A stretch of DNA of 64,000 nt from Acidimicrobiia bacterium (GTDB taxonomy: Bacteria; Actinomycetota; Acidimicrobiia; Spongiisociales; ZC4RG35), in assembly GCA_040902845.1 (NCBI GenBank), contig JBBDWM010000034.1, forward strand, positions 147,001-211,000, read 5' to 3'. Positions 17,171 to 26,329 of this stretch are shown one piece after another (the stretch's first letter is position 1; the number at the start of each line of letters is the position of its first letter). The position numbers and the translations under genes were made by a program. The notes beneath the pieces are model-generated. The model worked only from the letters and a program-made list of their open reading frames with translations. It searched no databases and was not told the DNA's origin.

Positions 17171-17848
17171 TCAATCCTCGGCCAGACCCCAGAACGGCCC
17201 CTTCAGACCCACCCTCCTGAAGTAGTCCTTTGCCTCCGTCGGCTCGCGTCGTTGATACCCGAAGTCGAGTCGCCCCTCGTACCACCGGCTGGCCAGACGC
17301 CACAACGTGGCGGTTTCCATCACGTAGCCCTTCTGATAATCGTGAGCTTGCAACCAGTCGGTGAGACACCCTTCGGAGCAGAACAGACGTTGGTTGGAAC
17401 AGGTGTGGACCACGTCATCCCACATCTGCGCCACCGGCACCAGGAAGTGGGCGACCCAATCGGTGGCCGGAGGCGACTCCCGGCTGACGATCCAGGCCGC
17501 GGGCCGATCGCATCCCGGGCACCGGGTTGCGACCAAGACATCAGGTTCCTCGGTTATGAGATGGGGGAGCGCGAACGAATCCCAGGAACAGCCGCCCCAC
17601 CACAAGGCGTTGGCGCCCATCACGGAGAACCCCATCGGTATCGCCGAGAACGGGTGCGCCATCACGATTTCACCGGTCTCATCCAGAACTAGGTGTCTTT
17701 GGGTTGCTAGCTCGGCGAGGCTGTTGGTGATCAACTCGACCGACATGCCGAGTTGGCCTGCGAGTTGTCCCGCTGTTGGTGCCCTGCCGGTTCTGCGAAA
17801 CGACTGGTAGATGGCCAGCCGAACATCTTCCGTGCCCATCGGTTTCAA
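17171..17848 (-). CDS. alkylmercury lyase (MerB) family protein homolog with an N-terminal HTH
   Basis: WGGCSWDSFALPHLI aligns with MerB YAWCALDTLIFPALI (catalytic Cys96 and Asp99 conserved). QRLFCSEGCLTDW aligns with the Cys159 region SFCCHVHFF...DW. ATGA overlap with the upstream ALDH. Confidence 0.55.
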   Translation of the reverse strand: MKPMGTEDVRLAIYQSFRRTGRAPTAGQLAGQLGMSVELITNSLAELATQRHLVLDETGEIVMAHPFSAIPMGFSVMGANALWWGGCSWDSFALPHLITEEPDVLVATRCPGCDRPAAWIVSRESPPATDWVAHFLVPVAQMWDDVVHTCSNQRLFCSEGCLTDWLQAHDYQKGYVMETATLWRLASRWYEGRLDFGYQRREPTEAKDYFRRVGLKGPFWGLAED

Positions 17849-19308
17849 CCGACTGTGCCCTGATTGACCTGAACTGTCTTCAGGTCGGAGTGGAAATCGA
17901 GGGCGTAGTCGCCCCCCTCCCGGCCTATCCCTGAGATCCGGGCCCCCCCAAAGGGCGCGGTCAGGTCACGAATCAGGAAGGTGTTCACCCAAATCGTCCC
18001 GGCCCTGATGGCACGCCCCACCCGCTCGGCCCGTTCCTCGGAGCCGGTGTAGACGATGCCGGACAGCCCGTATTGGGTGGAATTGGCCAGGGCGATCGCC
18101 TCGGCTTCGGTGGTAAAGGTCTGATAGGTGAGCACCGGCCCGAAGACCTCGCGTTGCACCACCTCGGACTCGTTCGACTTGGGCTCGATCAGCGTCGGTT
18201 CATACCACAACCCGTCTTGTTTCCATCGCTCACCGCCACGGACGATCCGGTCACCAGCATCCCTGGCTCGTCTCACGAAGCCATCGACCCGTGCCAGATG
18301 GTCGGGGTGGATCAGCGGGCTGATCGTGGTGAGCGGACTTCGGCTGTCGCCGAGCACATGGGCGTCGGTGAACCGGTGAAACAACTCCAGGAAGTCGCCC
18401 GAGACACTGTCCTCCACCAGGAGCCGGGTGCCGGCGAGGCAGACCTGTCCCGCGTCGTCGTATTGACCGGCCGCCTTTTCGGCCGCCGCCTCCAGATCGG
18501 AGTCGGCGAAGACCACAAACGGGCCCTTGCCGCCGAGCTCGGCGGTGAAGGGGACGATGTTGCCGGCGGCGGCGATCCCGATGTGCCGCGCGGTCTCCGG
18601 TGAGCCGGTGAAGGAGATTCGACGCACCCTGCGGTCGGACACCAACGCCGCTCCGACCTCGTCACCGATGCCCTGGACCACGTTCAAGACTCCGGGGGGC
18701 AGACCCGCCTGGTCTGCGAGATCAGCGAGAAGGGAAGCGGAGAGTGGGGCCCACTCGGCCGGCTTGAGGATCACGGGGTTGCCGGCAGTAAGGGCCGGGG
18801 CCAGCTTCCAGGTTGAGAGCAGCCAGGGGGCGTTCCAGGGGGTGATGATCACCGCCGGTCCTGCGGGCATTCGCTGCACCTGGTTGTCGGTGCCCTTCGA
18901 CGACCAGCGACGGCCCTCCCATTCGGAGGCCAGGTCGGCGTAGTTGCGGAGATTCTCGGCGCCCCTATGGATGACCCGGGCCTGCAGGCTCTCGAGGAGC
19001 ATGGCCATGTCGACACACTCGACCTGGGCGATGACGTCGATGTTCTGGTCGATTACGTCGGCGAGACGATGCAGGTACTCGCCACGCTCCTTGGGGGTGA
19101 GCGCCGCCCAGCCGGGGAATGCCGTCACCGCCGAGCTGACCGCGTCGTCTGCAGTCAGGGCATCACCCCTGGCGACGTCCGCGAGCTTCCAATCCCAGTC
19201 GAGTGGGGAGCGCACCTCGAAGGTATTGGGCGACGCAACCCGCTTGCCTCCGATGTAGTGATCGGGGGAAACGGCGTATTCGGAGATCTCGACTCGTGTG
19301 GTTGGCAT
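17845..19308 (-). CDS. aldehyde dehydrogenase (5-carboxymethyl-2-hydroxymuconate / 2-hydroxymuconate semialdehyde dehydrogenase-like)
   Basis: ALDH motifs ITPWNAP, ELGGKGPFVVFADSDL, GQVCLAGTRLLV. The start is set at the Met beginning MPTTRVEISEY...HYIGGK. The longer track ORF would collide with the marR start. Confidence 0.85.
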   Translation of the reverse strand: MPTTRVEISEYAVSPDHYIGGKRVASPNTFEVRSPLDWDWKLADVARGDALTADDAVSSAVTAFPGWAALTPKERGEYLHRLADVIDQNIDVIAQVECVDMAMLLESLQARVIHRGAENLRNYADLASEWEGRRWSSKGTDNQVQRMPAGPAVIITPWNAPWLLSTWKLAPALTAGNPVILKPAEWAPLSASLLADLADQAGLPPGVLNVVQGIGDEVGAALVSDRRVRRISFTGSPETARHIGIAAAGNIVPFTAELGGKGPFVVFADSDLEAAAEKAAGQYDDAGQVCLAGTRLLVEDSVSGDFLELFHRFTDAHVLGDSRSPLTTISPLIHPDHLARVDGFVRRARDAGDRIVRGGERWKQDGLWYEPTLIEPKSNESEVVQREVFGPVLTYQTFTTEAEAIALANSTQYGLSGIVYTGSEERAERVGRAIRAGTIWVNTFLIRDLTAPFGGARISGIGREGGDYALDFHSDLKTVQVNQGTVG

Positions 19309-19363
19309 GGCAGATGCGGATCGTTCGCAAGCTAAGGATAAACTCCCTGCCCCGTACCACCCC

Positions 19364-19912
19364 ATGCCAAGACCACTCATCGACCACGATCCCGAAGTCG
19401 TGCTCGAGGCGGAGCGAGATATTCGTGCCCGGCTCGGGGATCGGCAGCTCGACTTTGACGCACTCCTCGCCGTCTCCAACATCTATCGCGCTGCCAACGC
19501 GGTGCGCAATCGGATGGAAAGGGAGGTCCTGGGACCGGAAGGATTGTCCTGGGGAGGGTTCACGATCCTCTTCGTCCTTTGGGTGTGGGGAGAGCGCGAG
19601 ACCGGCCAACTGGCCGACGACTGTGGGCTGGCCAAGGGGACCCTGAGCGGCATGCTCGGCACCCTCGAGAAGACAGGCCTCGTGTCACGCGCCCGTCATC
19701 CTGAGGACGGGCGCCGGGTGATCGTCGACCTGGAGGAAGGTGGCCTGGAGCTGATCGAGCGGGTTTTTCCCCGGTTCAACGAGCACGAGACGAAGTTCAC
19801 ATCGAAACTCGGCCAGAAGGAGCGCGGTGAGCTGGCCCGCCTGCTTCGCATCGTCACAGCCACCGCCGACGATCTTCCACTCGTGGCCGACGACTGGGCG
19901 ACGGATCACTAA
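19364..19912 (+). CDS. MarR family transcriptional regulator (HpaR-like candidate)
   Basis: wHTH core GFTILFVLWVWGERETGQLADDCGLAKGTLSGMLGTLEKTGLVSRARHPEDGRRVIVDLEEGG. Divergent from the ALDH/MerB-like operon and immediately 5' of the extradiol dioxygenase. Confidence 0.8.
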   Translation: MPRPLIDHDPEVVLEAERDIRARLGDRQLDFDALLAVSNIYRAANAVRNRMEREVLGPEGLSWGGFTILFVLWVWGERETGQLADDCGLAKGTLSGMLGTLEKTGLVSRARHPEDGRRVIVDLEEGGLELIERVFPRFNEHETKFTSKLGQKERGELARLLRIVTATADDLPLVADDWATDH

Positions 19913-19920
19913 AATCTCAT

Positions 19921-19939
19921 TTAGGTTCCTAACGACCTC
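19921..19939 (+). promoter_or_regulatory. candidate operator TTAGGTTCCTAACGACCTC (copy B), 13 nt 5' of the dioxygenase ATG, followed by a GGAGG SD
   Basis: Dyad TTAGG-tt-CCTAA. 17/19 identity with the copy at 6518-6536. Confidence 0.35.
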
Positions 19940-19952
19940 GAGGAGGGACTGA

Positions 19953-20828
19953 ATGGGTGAGATAGTCGGCGCCGGGCTGATCAGTCACGCACCCACGATC
20001 ATGTTCGACGAGGCGACCCGTCTCGAGCTCAACGAGGGCGAGGAGATCTCCCTGGTACCCGGGCTGATTCGGCTCCGCACCGAAGTATTCGCTCGTCTCC
20101 AACCGGACACGATCGTGATCGTCGACTCTCATTGGTTCTCCACGGTTGAGCATCTGATCTCGGCGCATGCCCGGCGTCAGGGCATCTTCACCTCATCGGA
20201 GCTACCCCGGGGAATGGCTCAGATCCCTTATGACTACCCCGGTGACCCGGAGCTGGCCAAGCTCTCGGCCACCCTCGGCTCGGAGCTCGGCACGCCCACC
20301 CATGCCAACGAAGACGATTACATGCCCGTCTATTACGCCACCATCAACCTCGTCCACTATCTGCGAAAAGACGAGAAGGTCGTCTCGGTTTCCCTGGTCC
20401 AGACCGGGGATACCGACGACTTCATGACGATGGGTGAAGCCATCGGGGAAGCAGTATCACGGCTCGACCGAAGAGTTGTGGTGCTGGCATCGGGTGGCAT
20501 GAGCCACACCTTCTGGCCCCTCAAGGAGATCTCGAAGCACGAGGCCTCCGACCCGGTGCACATCATCACCCCTGCCGCCCGGGCGGCCGATGAGGAGCGA
20601 CTCGAGATGATGGTGGCCGGCGACCACGCTCGGGTCGTCGACACCATGGACGACTACTTCGAGTATGCGCCCGAGGGGCGATTCGGCCACTATCTGATGA
20701 TGCTCGGCGCCATCGGCGGCCGGAACTGCGTGGCTCGCGGGGAGTTGTTCTCCGACTACGAGAACGCTACCGGCACCGGACAGGTCCACGTGTGGTTCGA
20801 GCGGCCTTCGGGGGGCTGGACCGCCTGA
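19953..20828 (+). CDS. class III extradiol ring-cleavage dioxygenase (LigB family; homoprotocatechuate 2,3-dioxygenase-like)
   Basis: LigB-fold features: N-terminal GLISHAPTIMF, VIVDSHWF, and Fe-ligand His regions (SGGMSHTF). 291 aa. GGAGG SD upstream. Confidence 0.8.
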   Translation: MGEIVGAGLISHAPTIMFDEATRLELNEGEEISLVPGLIRLRTEVFARLQPDTIVIVDSHWFSTVEHLISAHARRQGIFTSSELPRGMAQIPYDYPGDPELAKLSATLGSELGTPTHANEDDYMPVYYATINLVHYLRKDEKVVSVSLVQTGDTDDFMTMGEAIGEAVSRLDRRVVVLASGGMSHTFWPLKEISKHEASDPVHIITPAARAADEERLEMMVAGDHARVVDTMDDYFEYAPEGRFGHYLMMLGAIGGRNCVARGELFSDYENATGTGQVHVWFERPSGGWTA

Positions 20829-20848
20829 CATCGATCAGACCTGGGTCC

Positions 20849-22384
20849 ATGCCACAATTTCACCCAGTGGTGGCAATCAGCGCGGCCAATGATTTGACGT
20901 CCGAGCTCGATGAGCTCGCCAGGGCGGTAGACGGCCTGGTCTTTGGCGACGAGCCCGCCGGATGGATTCACGCCAGGGAACGTGACCGCGTCGTCATGAC
21001 GATCCGCTCCTATCTGCTGCCCAGAATGCTCAACCCGTCGACCCCGCTCCTGGTGGTGTTCGCAGGCCCGACCGGTGCGGGGAAGTCGACTCTCCTCAAC
21101 AGTGTCTCCGGTCTCGAAATCGCCGAGACCGGGCCGCTGCGCCCGACGACCAGGGACCCGGTGGTCCTGGCCGCGGATATCTCTGGTTATGACCGAGTCG
21201 GTGGCATCGATTGCGTTGTGGTCGAGGGTCGAGCACCGATCCTCGGCTCGATGAGTCTGGTGGACACTCCCGACCTCGATTCCACGACCCTTGCCCATCG
21301 GGTCGCCGCGGAGACCATGATCGATCACGCCGATGTCGTCGTATTCGTCACCTCCGCCCTCAGATATGCCGACCTGGTCCCCTGGGAGGTATTGCGTCGG
21401 GCACAGTCCCGGGGTGCGCCGGTCATTCACGTATTGAACCGGGTGACCAGCGCGACGACGGGGGCGACGACCGATTATCGGAATCGGCTGAAGCGGGAGG
21501 GCACAGACGGCAACCTCCTCGTGGTGCACGAGCACCACCTATCCGCCGGCTCGCCATCGGTTCCCTCGGTCGCAGTGCGTTCCTTGCGCAGGCGTCTGAT
21601 GAGCCACGTCGAAAAATCTCAATCGGAAAGAGCCGAAGTCGTCCGTTCGGTGCTGTGGGTGACCTTGGGACAGGCGCGCGATCTCATCGCGACGGCGGAG
21701 CTCGGTTCTACCGAAGCCGACCTCGTCGAGGGGATGCTGGATCAGGTGTTCACCACCGACCTGGAAAGGATCCTGACTTCGGCGGCGGGCCAATTCGAGC
21801 CCGGCTTCGACGTCTCGCCGCTCGCCCGTCACGGCAGGGCTCACCGGCGACGGGTCCGCAGTTGGATGCGGAGAATGGCGCCTGCGGTCGAGCTCGTGGC
21901 AGCCTCGAGGCATCGTGTGCTCGATACCTTGATCACCGCGGTCGCCACCGACCTCAGGGTCTCCATCCACGACGGTGCCGTTGCCCTCCACGACCAGGGC
22001 CTGGTTGCCACGAGACTCGACCAGACGACTCATGCCGCGATTGTCGAGGCCGTCGCCCTCTGGTGGGTGGAATTGGAGGAAATGTGTGCTCCGACGGTGG
22101 GAAATCGCTCTGACATTGGGGCCCTGTTGTTGGCGATCTCCACGCTCAGGGTCGATCTGACGCTCGAAGCCGCCCTCGGTGCGGTCCAGCCGGGCACCGA
22201 GACCGCAACGTCGATAAGCGAGGCCCGGGATGCCCTGGTTCGGGCCCTCACAACGGTGTACGACTCGGTGCGGGACCACCTAGTCTCGTCGGTCATCGAT
22301 GAGGTCACTCCGGCCCCGGACGTGGACCGGGCCAGGACGCTCGTGGCCGAAGTGGTGGCGCGGTCGGCCTTCGCCAATGCGTGA
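20849..22384 (+). CDS. dynamin-like / HSR1-type GTPase family protein (DLP-1)
   Basis: G1 VVFAGPTGAGKSTLLNSV, G2 PTTRD, G3 LVDTPDLDS, G4-like VLNRVT, followed by a ~250-aa helical C-terminal region. Start taken at the ATG at 20849 (MPQFHPVV). Confidence 0.55.
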   Translation: MPQFHPVVAISAANDLTSELDELARAVDGLVFGDEPAGWIHARERDRVVMTIRSYLLPRMLNPSTPLLVVFAGPTGAGKSTLLNSVSGLEIAETGPLRPTTRDPVVLAADISGYDRVGGIDCVVVEGRAPILGSMSLVDTPDLDSTTLAHRVAAETMIDHADVVVFVTSALRYADLVPWEVLRRAQSRGAPVIHVLNRVTSATTGATTDYRNRLKREGTDGNLLVVHEHHLSAGSPSVPSVAVRSLRRRLMSHVEKSQSERAEVVRSVLWVTLGQARDLIATAELGSTEADLVEGMLDQVFTTDLERILTSAAGQFEPGFDVSPLARHGRAHRRRVRSWMRRMAPAVELVAASRHRVLDTLITAVATDLRVSIHDGAVALHDQGLVATRLDQTTHAAIVEAVALWWVELEEMCAPTVGNRSDIGALLLAISTLRVDLTLEAALGAVQPGTETATSISEARDALVRALTTVYDSVRDHLVSSVIDEVTPAPDVDRARTLVAEVVARSAFANA

Positions 22385-23603
22385 CGCCATCATCGGCCTC
22401 CTGCCGATGATCGACCAGGCCCTGGCCGATTGCGTCGGAGTGGTGGACCAGCGGACATTGGAACCGGTTGCCCACATGCGAAACCGGATGATGGCCCGGT
22501 TGGCCTACCCCGACGACATGCTGTTGGCAGCCCTCGCCGGCGGCACCGGCTCCGGCAAGTCGAGTCTCTTCAATGCCATCGCCGGAGAGGACGTGGCCGC
22601 CACGGGCGGTGTTCGCCCCACCACTTCGCACCCCCAGGCGCTGGTGCCGATGTCACGAGAGTCGGCAATTGCGGGTTATCTCGACGAGATAGGGGTCGAT
22701 GATCGGGTGTCCCATGAGGGACGTGAATGGCTTTGCCTGATCGACCTCCCTGACACCGATAGTGTCGAAGTCGACCACCGACAACGGGTGGACTCGCTCC
22801 TGCCCCGACTCGATTGCGTGGTGTGGGTAGTCGATCCGGAGAAATACCGAGACGCCGCCCTGCACCACGGCTATCTGGCTCCCATGGCGGCTTATCACAG
22901 CCAATTCGTCTTCGTTCTCAACCAGAGCGACCGGCTGACCGACGACGATATCTCGCGGGTGAAAGCCGATCTGGTGTCGGCCTTGGTCGAAGACGGGATC
23001 GAGAATCCGACGGTCTTCGACACCGTGGCCCAACCCCCCGCCGGGCCCACACTGGGGATCGAAGGGCTGCTGGCGCATCTCGAGCAGGAGCTGGGTGGGT
23101 CGGTGTACGAGAAGCTGCTGGTCGATCTCCGGGCCGGGTGCTCATCGCTCCTGGAGGCAAGTGGTGACGGCTCCGCCTTGGATTTCGGCAACCGTTGGGA
23201 AGGAATCATGGATCAGGCGAGCGCTCGGATCGATGCCGGAGACCTCTCCGGAGCCGGCCACCAGGTTGCCACCTTCCTCGAGGAAATCGCCGATGAGACC
23301 GGTGGTGAGCTTGGAAGTTCGATAGGAGAAATCGCGGCCCGGGCACCCGGGGTGGTGCTCGGCGCTGCGCCCTTCGGCTCCCAATCCCATGCCCTGAAGC
23401 CACGACGAAGGTGGTGGGGACGTCGGGTAGACAATCCCTCGGTCTCGGCCGCCGATTCTGGCTCAAACAGGTTGAAAGCCGCCCTGGAGAGCGAGGTCGG
23501 GGATCCGGTGCGGGCGGTGGTGGCGAAGAAGGCCAGGGCGCAGGCCTCGATCTCCGAACTGACGCTGGCCGTGAATGAGCTGACCCTGCGGTCCGCCGGG
23601 TAA
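22377..23603 (+). CDS. dynamin-like / HSR1-type GTPase family protein (DLP-2)
   Basis: G1 LAGGTGSGKSSLFNAI, G2 PTTSHP, G3 IDLPDTDS, G4 VLNQSD, plus a helical C-terminus. ATG at 22377 overlaps the DLP-1 stop by 8 nt. Confidence 0.55.
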   Translation: MRDAIIGLLPMIDQALADCVGVVDQRTLEPVAHMRNRMMARLAYPDDMLLAALAGGTGSGKSSLFNAIAGEDVAATGGVRPTTSHPQALVPMSRESAIAGYLDEIGVDDRVSHEGREWLCLIDLPDTDSVEVDHRQRVDSLLPRLDCVVWVVDPEKYRDAALHHGYLAPMAAYHSQFVFVLNQSDRLTDDDISRVKADLVSALVEDGIENPTVFDTVAQPPAGPTLGIEGLLAHLEQELGGSVYEKLLVDLRAGCSSLLEASGDGSALDFGNRWEGIMDQASARIDAGDLSGAGHQVATFLEEIADETGGELGSSIGEIAARAPGVVLGAAPFGSQSHALKPRRRWWGRRVDNPSVSAADSGSNRLKAALESEVGDPVRAVVAKKARAQASISELTLAVNELTLRSAG

Positions 23604-23618
23604 GTACTCTCGCCGGCC

Positions 23619-24392
23619 ATGGACCCGAGATGGATCAAGACCGCGGTGGTGGTGGTCCTGGCGCTGATCCTCTACTTCGTCCTCGTAAAGGTCGGCAACC
23701 GCTTCATCGAAGGAATCGCCCTCCGCGGGCCGCAGGCCGCCTCCCGCTCCCGCACCCTGTGGTTGATGGTCCGCCGGGTCATCCAGGTCACGCTCATCGT
23801 GCTCGTGGTCCTCATGGTGTTCACGATCTGGGGATTCAGCATGGCGCCGTTCCTGGCCTTGGGGACCGTGATCGGCGCCGCCATCGGCTTCGGCGCCCAG
23901 AATGTGGTCAGGGATGTGCTTGCCGGCTTCTTCATCCTCGCCGAGGACCAGTACCAGATCGGTGACACGGTGTCGATCAGCGGAGCCACGGGCACGGTCG
24001 AAGACATCCAATTCCGGGTCACGGTGCTTCGAGACTTCGAGGGCAACGTCCATTACGTGCCGAACGGCCAGATAACGGTCGCCTCCAACTTCACCAGGGT
24101 CTTCGCCCAGCCGGTGATCGATATCTCGATCGCCTATGACCAGGATGTGGACCGTGCCATGGAGGTGATGCTCGACGAGCTCACCAAGATGGCGGACGAT
24201 CCCGAGTTGGGGCCCATGCTTCGGGGCCCCGCCGAGATGCTCGGTGTCCAGGATGTCGGTGACTCCGGGGTCGTGCTCAGGGGGCGGCTCACCTCTGACG
24301 GCCACCAGCGCACGACGGTGCGGAGGGAGGCATTGCTTCGCATCAAGAATCGTTTCGACGCCGAGGGAATTCGGTTCTCGGGGGCAAAGTAA
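23619..24392 (+). CDS. mechanosensitive ion channel family protein (MscS-like)
   Basis: Three N-terminal TM helices and the MscS beta-domain signature GDTVSISGATGTVEDIQFRVTVLRDFEGNVHYVPNGQI. 15 nt after the DLP-2 stop. Confidence 0.85.
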   Translation: MDPRWIKTAVVVVLALILYFVLVKVGNRFIEGIALRGPQAASRSRTLWLMVRRVIQVTLIVLVVLMVFTIWGFSMAPFLALGTVIGAAIGFGAQNVVRDVLAGFFILAEDQYQIGDTVSISGATGTVEDIQFRVTVLRDFEGNVHYVPNGQITVASNFTRVFAQPVIDISIAYDQDVDRAMEVMLDELTKMADDPELGPMLRGPAEMLGVQDVGDSGVVLRGRLTSDGHQRTTVRREALLRIKNRFDAEGIRFSGAK

Positions 24393-24395
24393 CGC

Positions 24396-25328
24396 CTACT
24401 TGATTGGTGGCGCAGGGACGATGACAGCCAACGCGTCCGGCTCCCATTGGACGGTTCCACCATCGACCATTCCCAGTGCCTCGCCGTCCGCCTGAACCTC
24501 CACTGGCGGGTCCGCCTTCAGCTCAAATAGGTCGACCCTGCGCCATACCTCCATGTCGGGGATCGACTCCAGATCCTTCCCCGCAAAGAGGGTGACCGCG
24601 ATACGCGGTATGTGTCTCCGCCGAAGGCGCTTGACCACCAAGACCGTCATCGGGTCAGGGTCGGCGGGTGCAACCTTGAGCGGCACCCTCCCGAAGTAGG
24701 TGTAGATCTCACGGAACTGGATCATGGCCGCGGTCACATAGGCCTCACGATCACCCGAGTGGACCGCTACATGCGGTTTGCGGCGGGGAAAGTCCTGAAG
24801 CGCGGTGCCGAACGCGGAGCGGGCGTAGTGGATCGAGCCGAACCGGTACTTGCGATATGGCTCCTTTTCGGCCCGTTGCACAACTGCGGCGTCGAGGCCG
24901 AACCCACAGGCGAAGATCGAATGGTGCACGGTCTCGGTCGATCCTCGCTGCAGGGTCATGGTGGCGACACCTACCCGCCGAATCTGGGGCGACGTCACCA
25001 GGAGACGCGCCGCCTTGATCGGTTTGGAGGGGATACCCATCAATCTGGCAAAGACGTTGGTGGTCCCCACCGGGATCACACCGAGCGAGGCCACGGTTCC
25101 GATCACCCCCTGGCTGACATGATGGACCATCCCGTCGCCTCCCATCGCGACGACGATGTCCGCCCCTCCTTCTGCAGATTCCCGCGCCTTCTCGGTGGCT
25201 TCGGCAGGTGATCCGGGCCAGATCGAATCGACGTCCGCGACCCGATCGAGTGTTGCCATGACGTCGCGGTGAGAGCCACCGGTGAACTGAGAGGCAGCCG
25301 GGTTGGCTATGACCACTATCCGGTGCAT
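24396..25328 (-). CDS. diacylglycerol kinase catalytic domain (DAGK_cat) family lipid kinase
   Basis: DIVVAMGGDGMVHHV and GVIPVGTTNVFAR motifs of the DAGK/YegS/sphingosine-kinase-type catalytic domain. Confidence 0.85.
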   Translation of the reverse strand: MHRIVVIANPAASQFTGGSHRDVMATLDRVADVDSIWPGSPAEATEKARESAEGGADIVVAMGGDGMVHHVSQGVIGTVASLGVIPVGTTNVFARLMGIPSKPIKAARLLVTSPQIRRVGVATMTLQRGSTETVHHSIFACGFGLDAAVVQRAEKEPYRKYRFGSIHYARSAFGTALQDFPRRKPHVAVHSGDREAYVTAAMIQFREIYTYFGRVPLKVAPADPDPMTVLVVKRLRRRHIPRIAVTLFAGKDLESIPDMEVWRRVDLFELKADPPVEVQADGEALGMVDGGTVQWEPDALAVIVPAPPIK

Positions 25329-25417
25329 TGGGAGTCGAGCCTACCCCGGTACCCTGCCCAACCGTGAGTGACTCCGATTCCCGCTTCTCGCTGGTGGCTG
25401 GAGAAGGTGATGGCGCC

Positions 25418-26329
25418 ATGCTCGGCCTGGCGGCGGGTGACAGCGCCGGGGGAGCCTGGGAATTGGGCTATTCGGCGATCACGGAACAGGCGACTGTCAT
25501 TGCCTACCAACTCATAGAAAACGCGGAGTTCGATACGGCTCAGATGGTGCGGGCGATACGCGAGCTCGACGGCGACGGCGACGAGGAGCCCGTATATCGA
25601 GCCGAGACCCCCCATTTTCGGACCTGGCTTGCCCGCGCCGCGGCGGGCGGTCTGGTTCCCGAGGAAGATCCCTCTCTCGACGCAGCACCTCGTGCTGTGC
25701 CGGTGGGTGTGGCGCTTCGTCGCGATCCCGCCGCCCTACGTGGGACGGTGGTCGGGCTCGGCTCGATGTTTCATTCGGACCTCTCTTCGGTGGTGGCCGG
25801 AGTGGTGAGCGCCGGCGCCGCCGCGGCGTCGTGTTTCGGGCAATCGGGCAGGGACCTCATCGCCGGCGTCGTCGAGACGGTTGAGCTCACGGCGGCCCAG
25901 TTCGCGTCGACATTGAGACACACGGGACCGGCCTCCTGGGACGAGCTGGTCGCCGACTTGCATTTGCTGTTGGATCACGTCGGGGTGGCCGAGGGGGCAG
26001 AGGCGCTCGCAATTGTCGGCGCCGATAGCGAGCCCCGGCCCTGGGACCTGATGAGAGCCGGCCTGCTCCTGGCGGCGCCTCTGGCCGACCGACCCCACAT
26101 CCCCATCGAACAGGCGGCCCGGATCGGGGGCAGCACTCTCGGCGCCGTGGTTGGAGGGATCATTGGGGCCAGAGTTGGGATTCGAGCTTGGCCGTGGGCC
26201 TTCGCCAACGACACCTGGTTCGCTGAGATCGGAAGACGCCTGGTGCGGGGGCCCCATGAGGTCAGTGATCTCCCGATTCCCTACGCGGTGGAACAGCACC
26301 TCATCTCTGGGGAGCGGGACTTCCGCTGA
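25418..26329 (+). CDS. ADP-ribosylglycohydrolase family protein
   Basis: N-terminus MLGLAAGDSAGGAWELGY resembles the ARH family Gly/Asp-rich metal-binding start. GGAGAAGG SD 10 nt upstream of the ATG at 25418. The longer track ORF would overlap the DAGK start. Confidence 0.5.
   Translation: MLGLAAGDSAGGAWELGYSAITEQATVIAYQLIENAEFDTAQMVRAIRELDGDGDEEPVYRAETPHFRTWLARAAAGGLVPEEDPSLDAAPRAVPVGVALRRDPAALRGTVVGLGSMFHSDLSSVVAGVVSAGAAAASCFGQSGRDLIAGVVETVELTAAQFASTLRHTGPASWDELVADLHLLLDHVGVAEGAEALAIVGADSEPRPWDLMRAGLLLAAPLADRPHIPIEQAARIGGSTLGAVVGGIIGARVGIRAWPWAFANDTWFAEIGRRLVRGPHEVSDLPIPYAVEQHLISGERDFR

Noticed and set aside
21211-22113. 300-aa ORF in an alternative frame inside the first dynamin-like GTPase gene
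   Set aside because: Arg-rich low-complexity translation (RRGDHDRSRRCRR...) overlapping, on the same strand, a gene with clear G1-G4 motifs. High-GC frame artefact.
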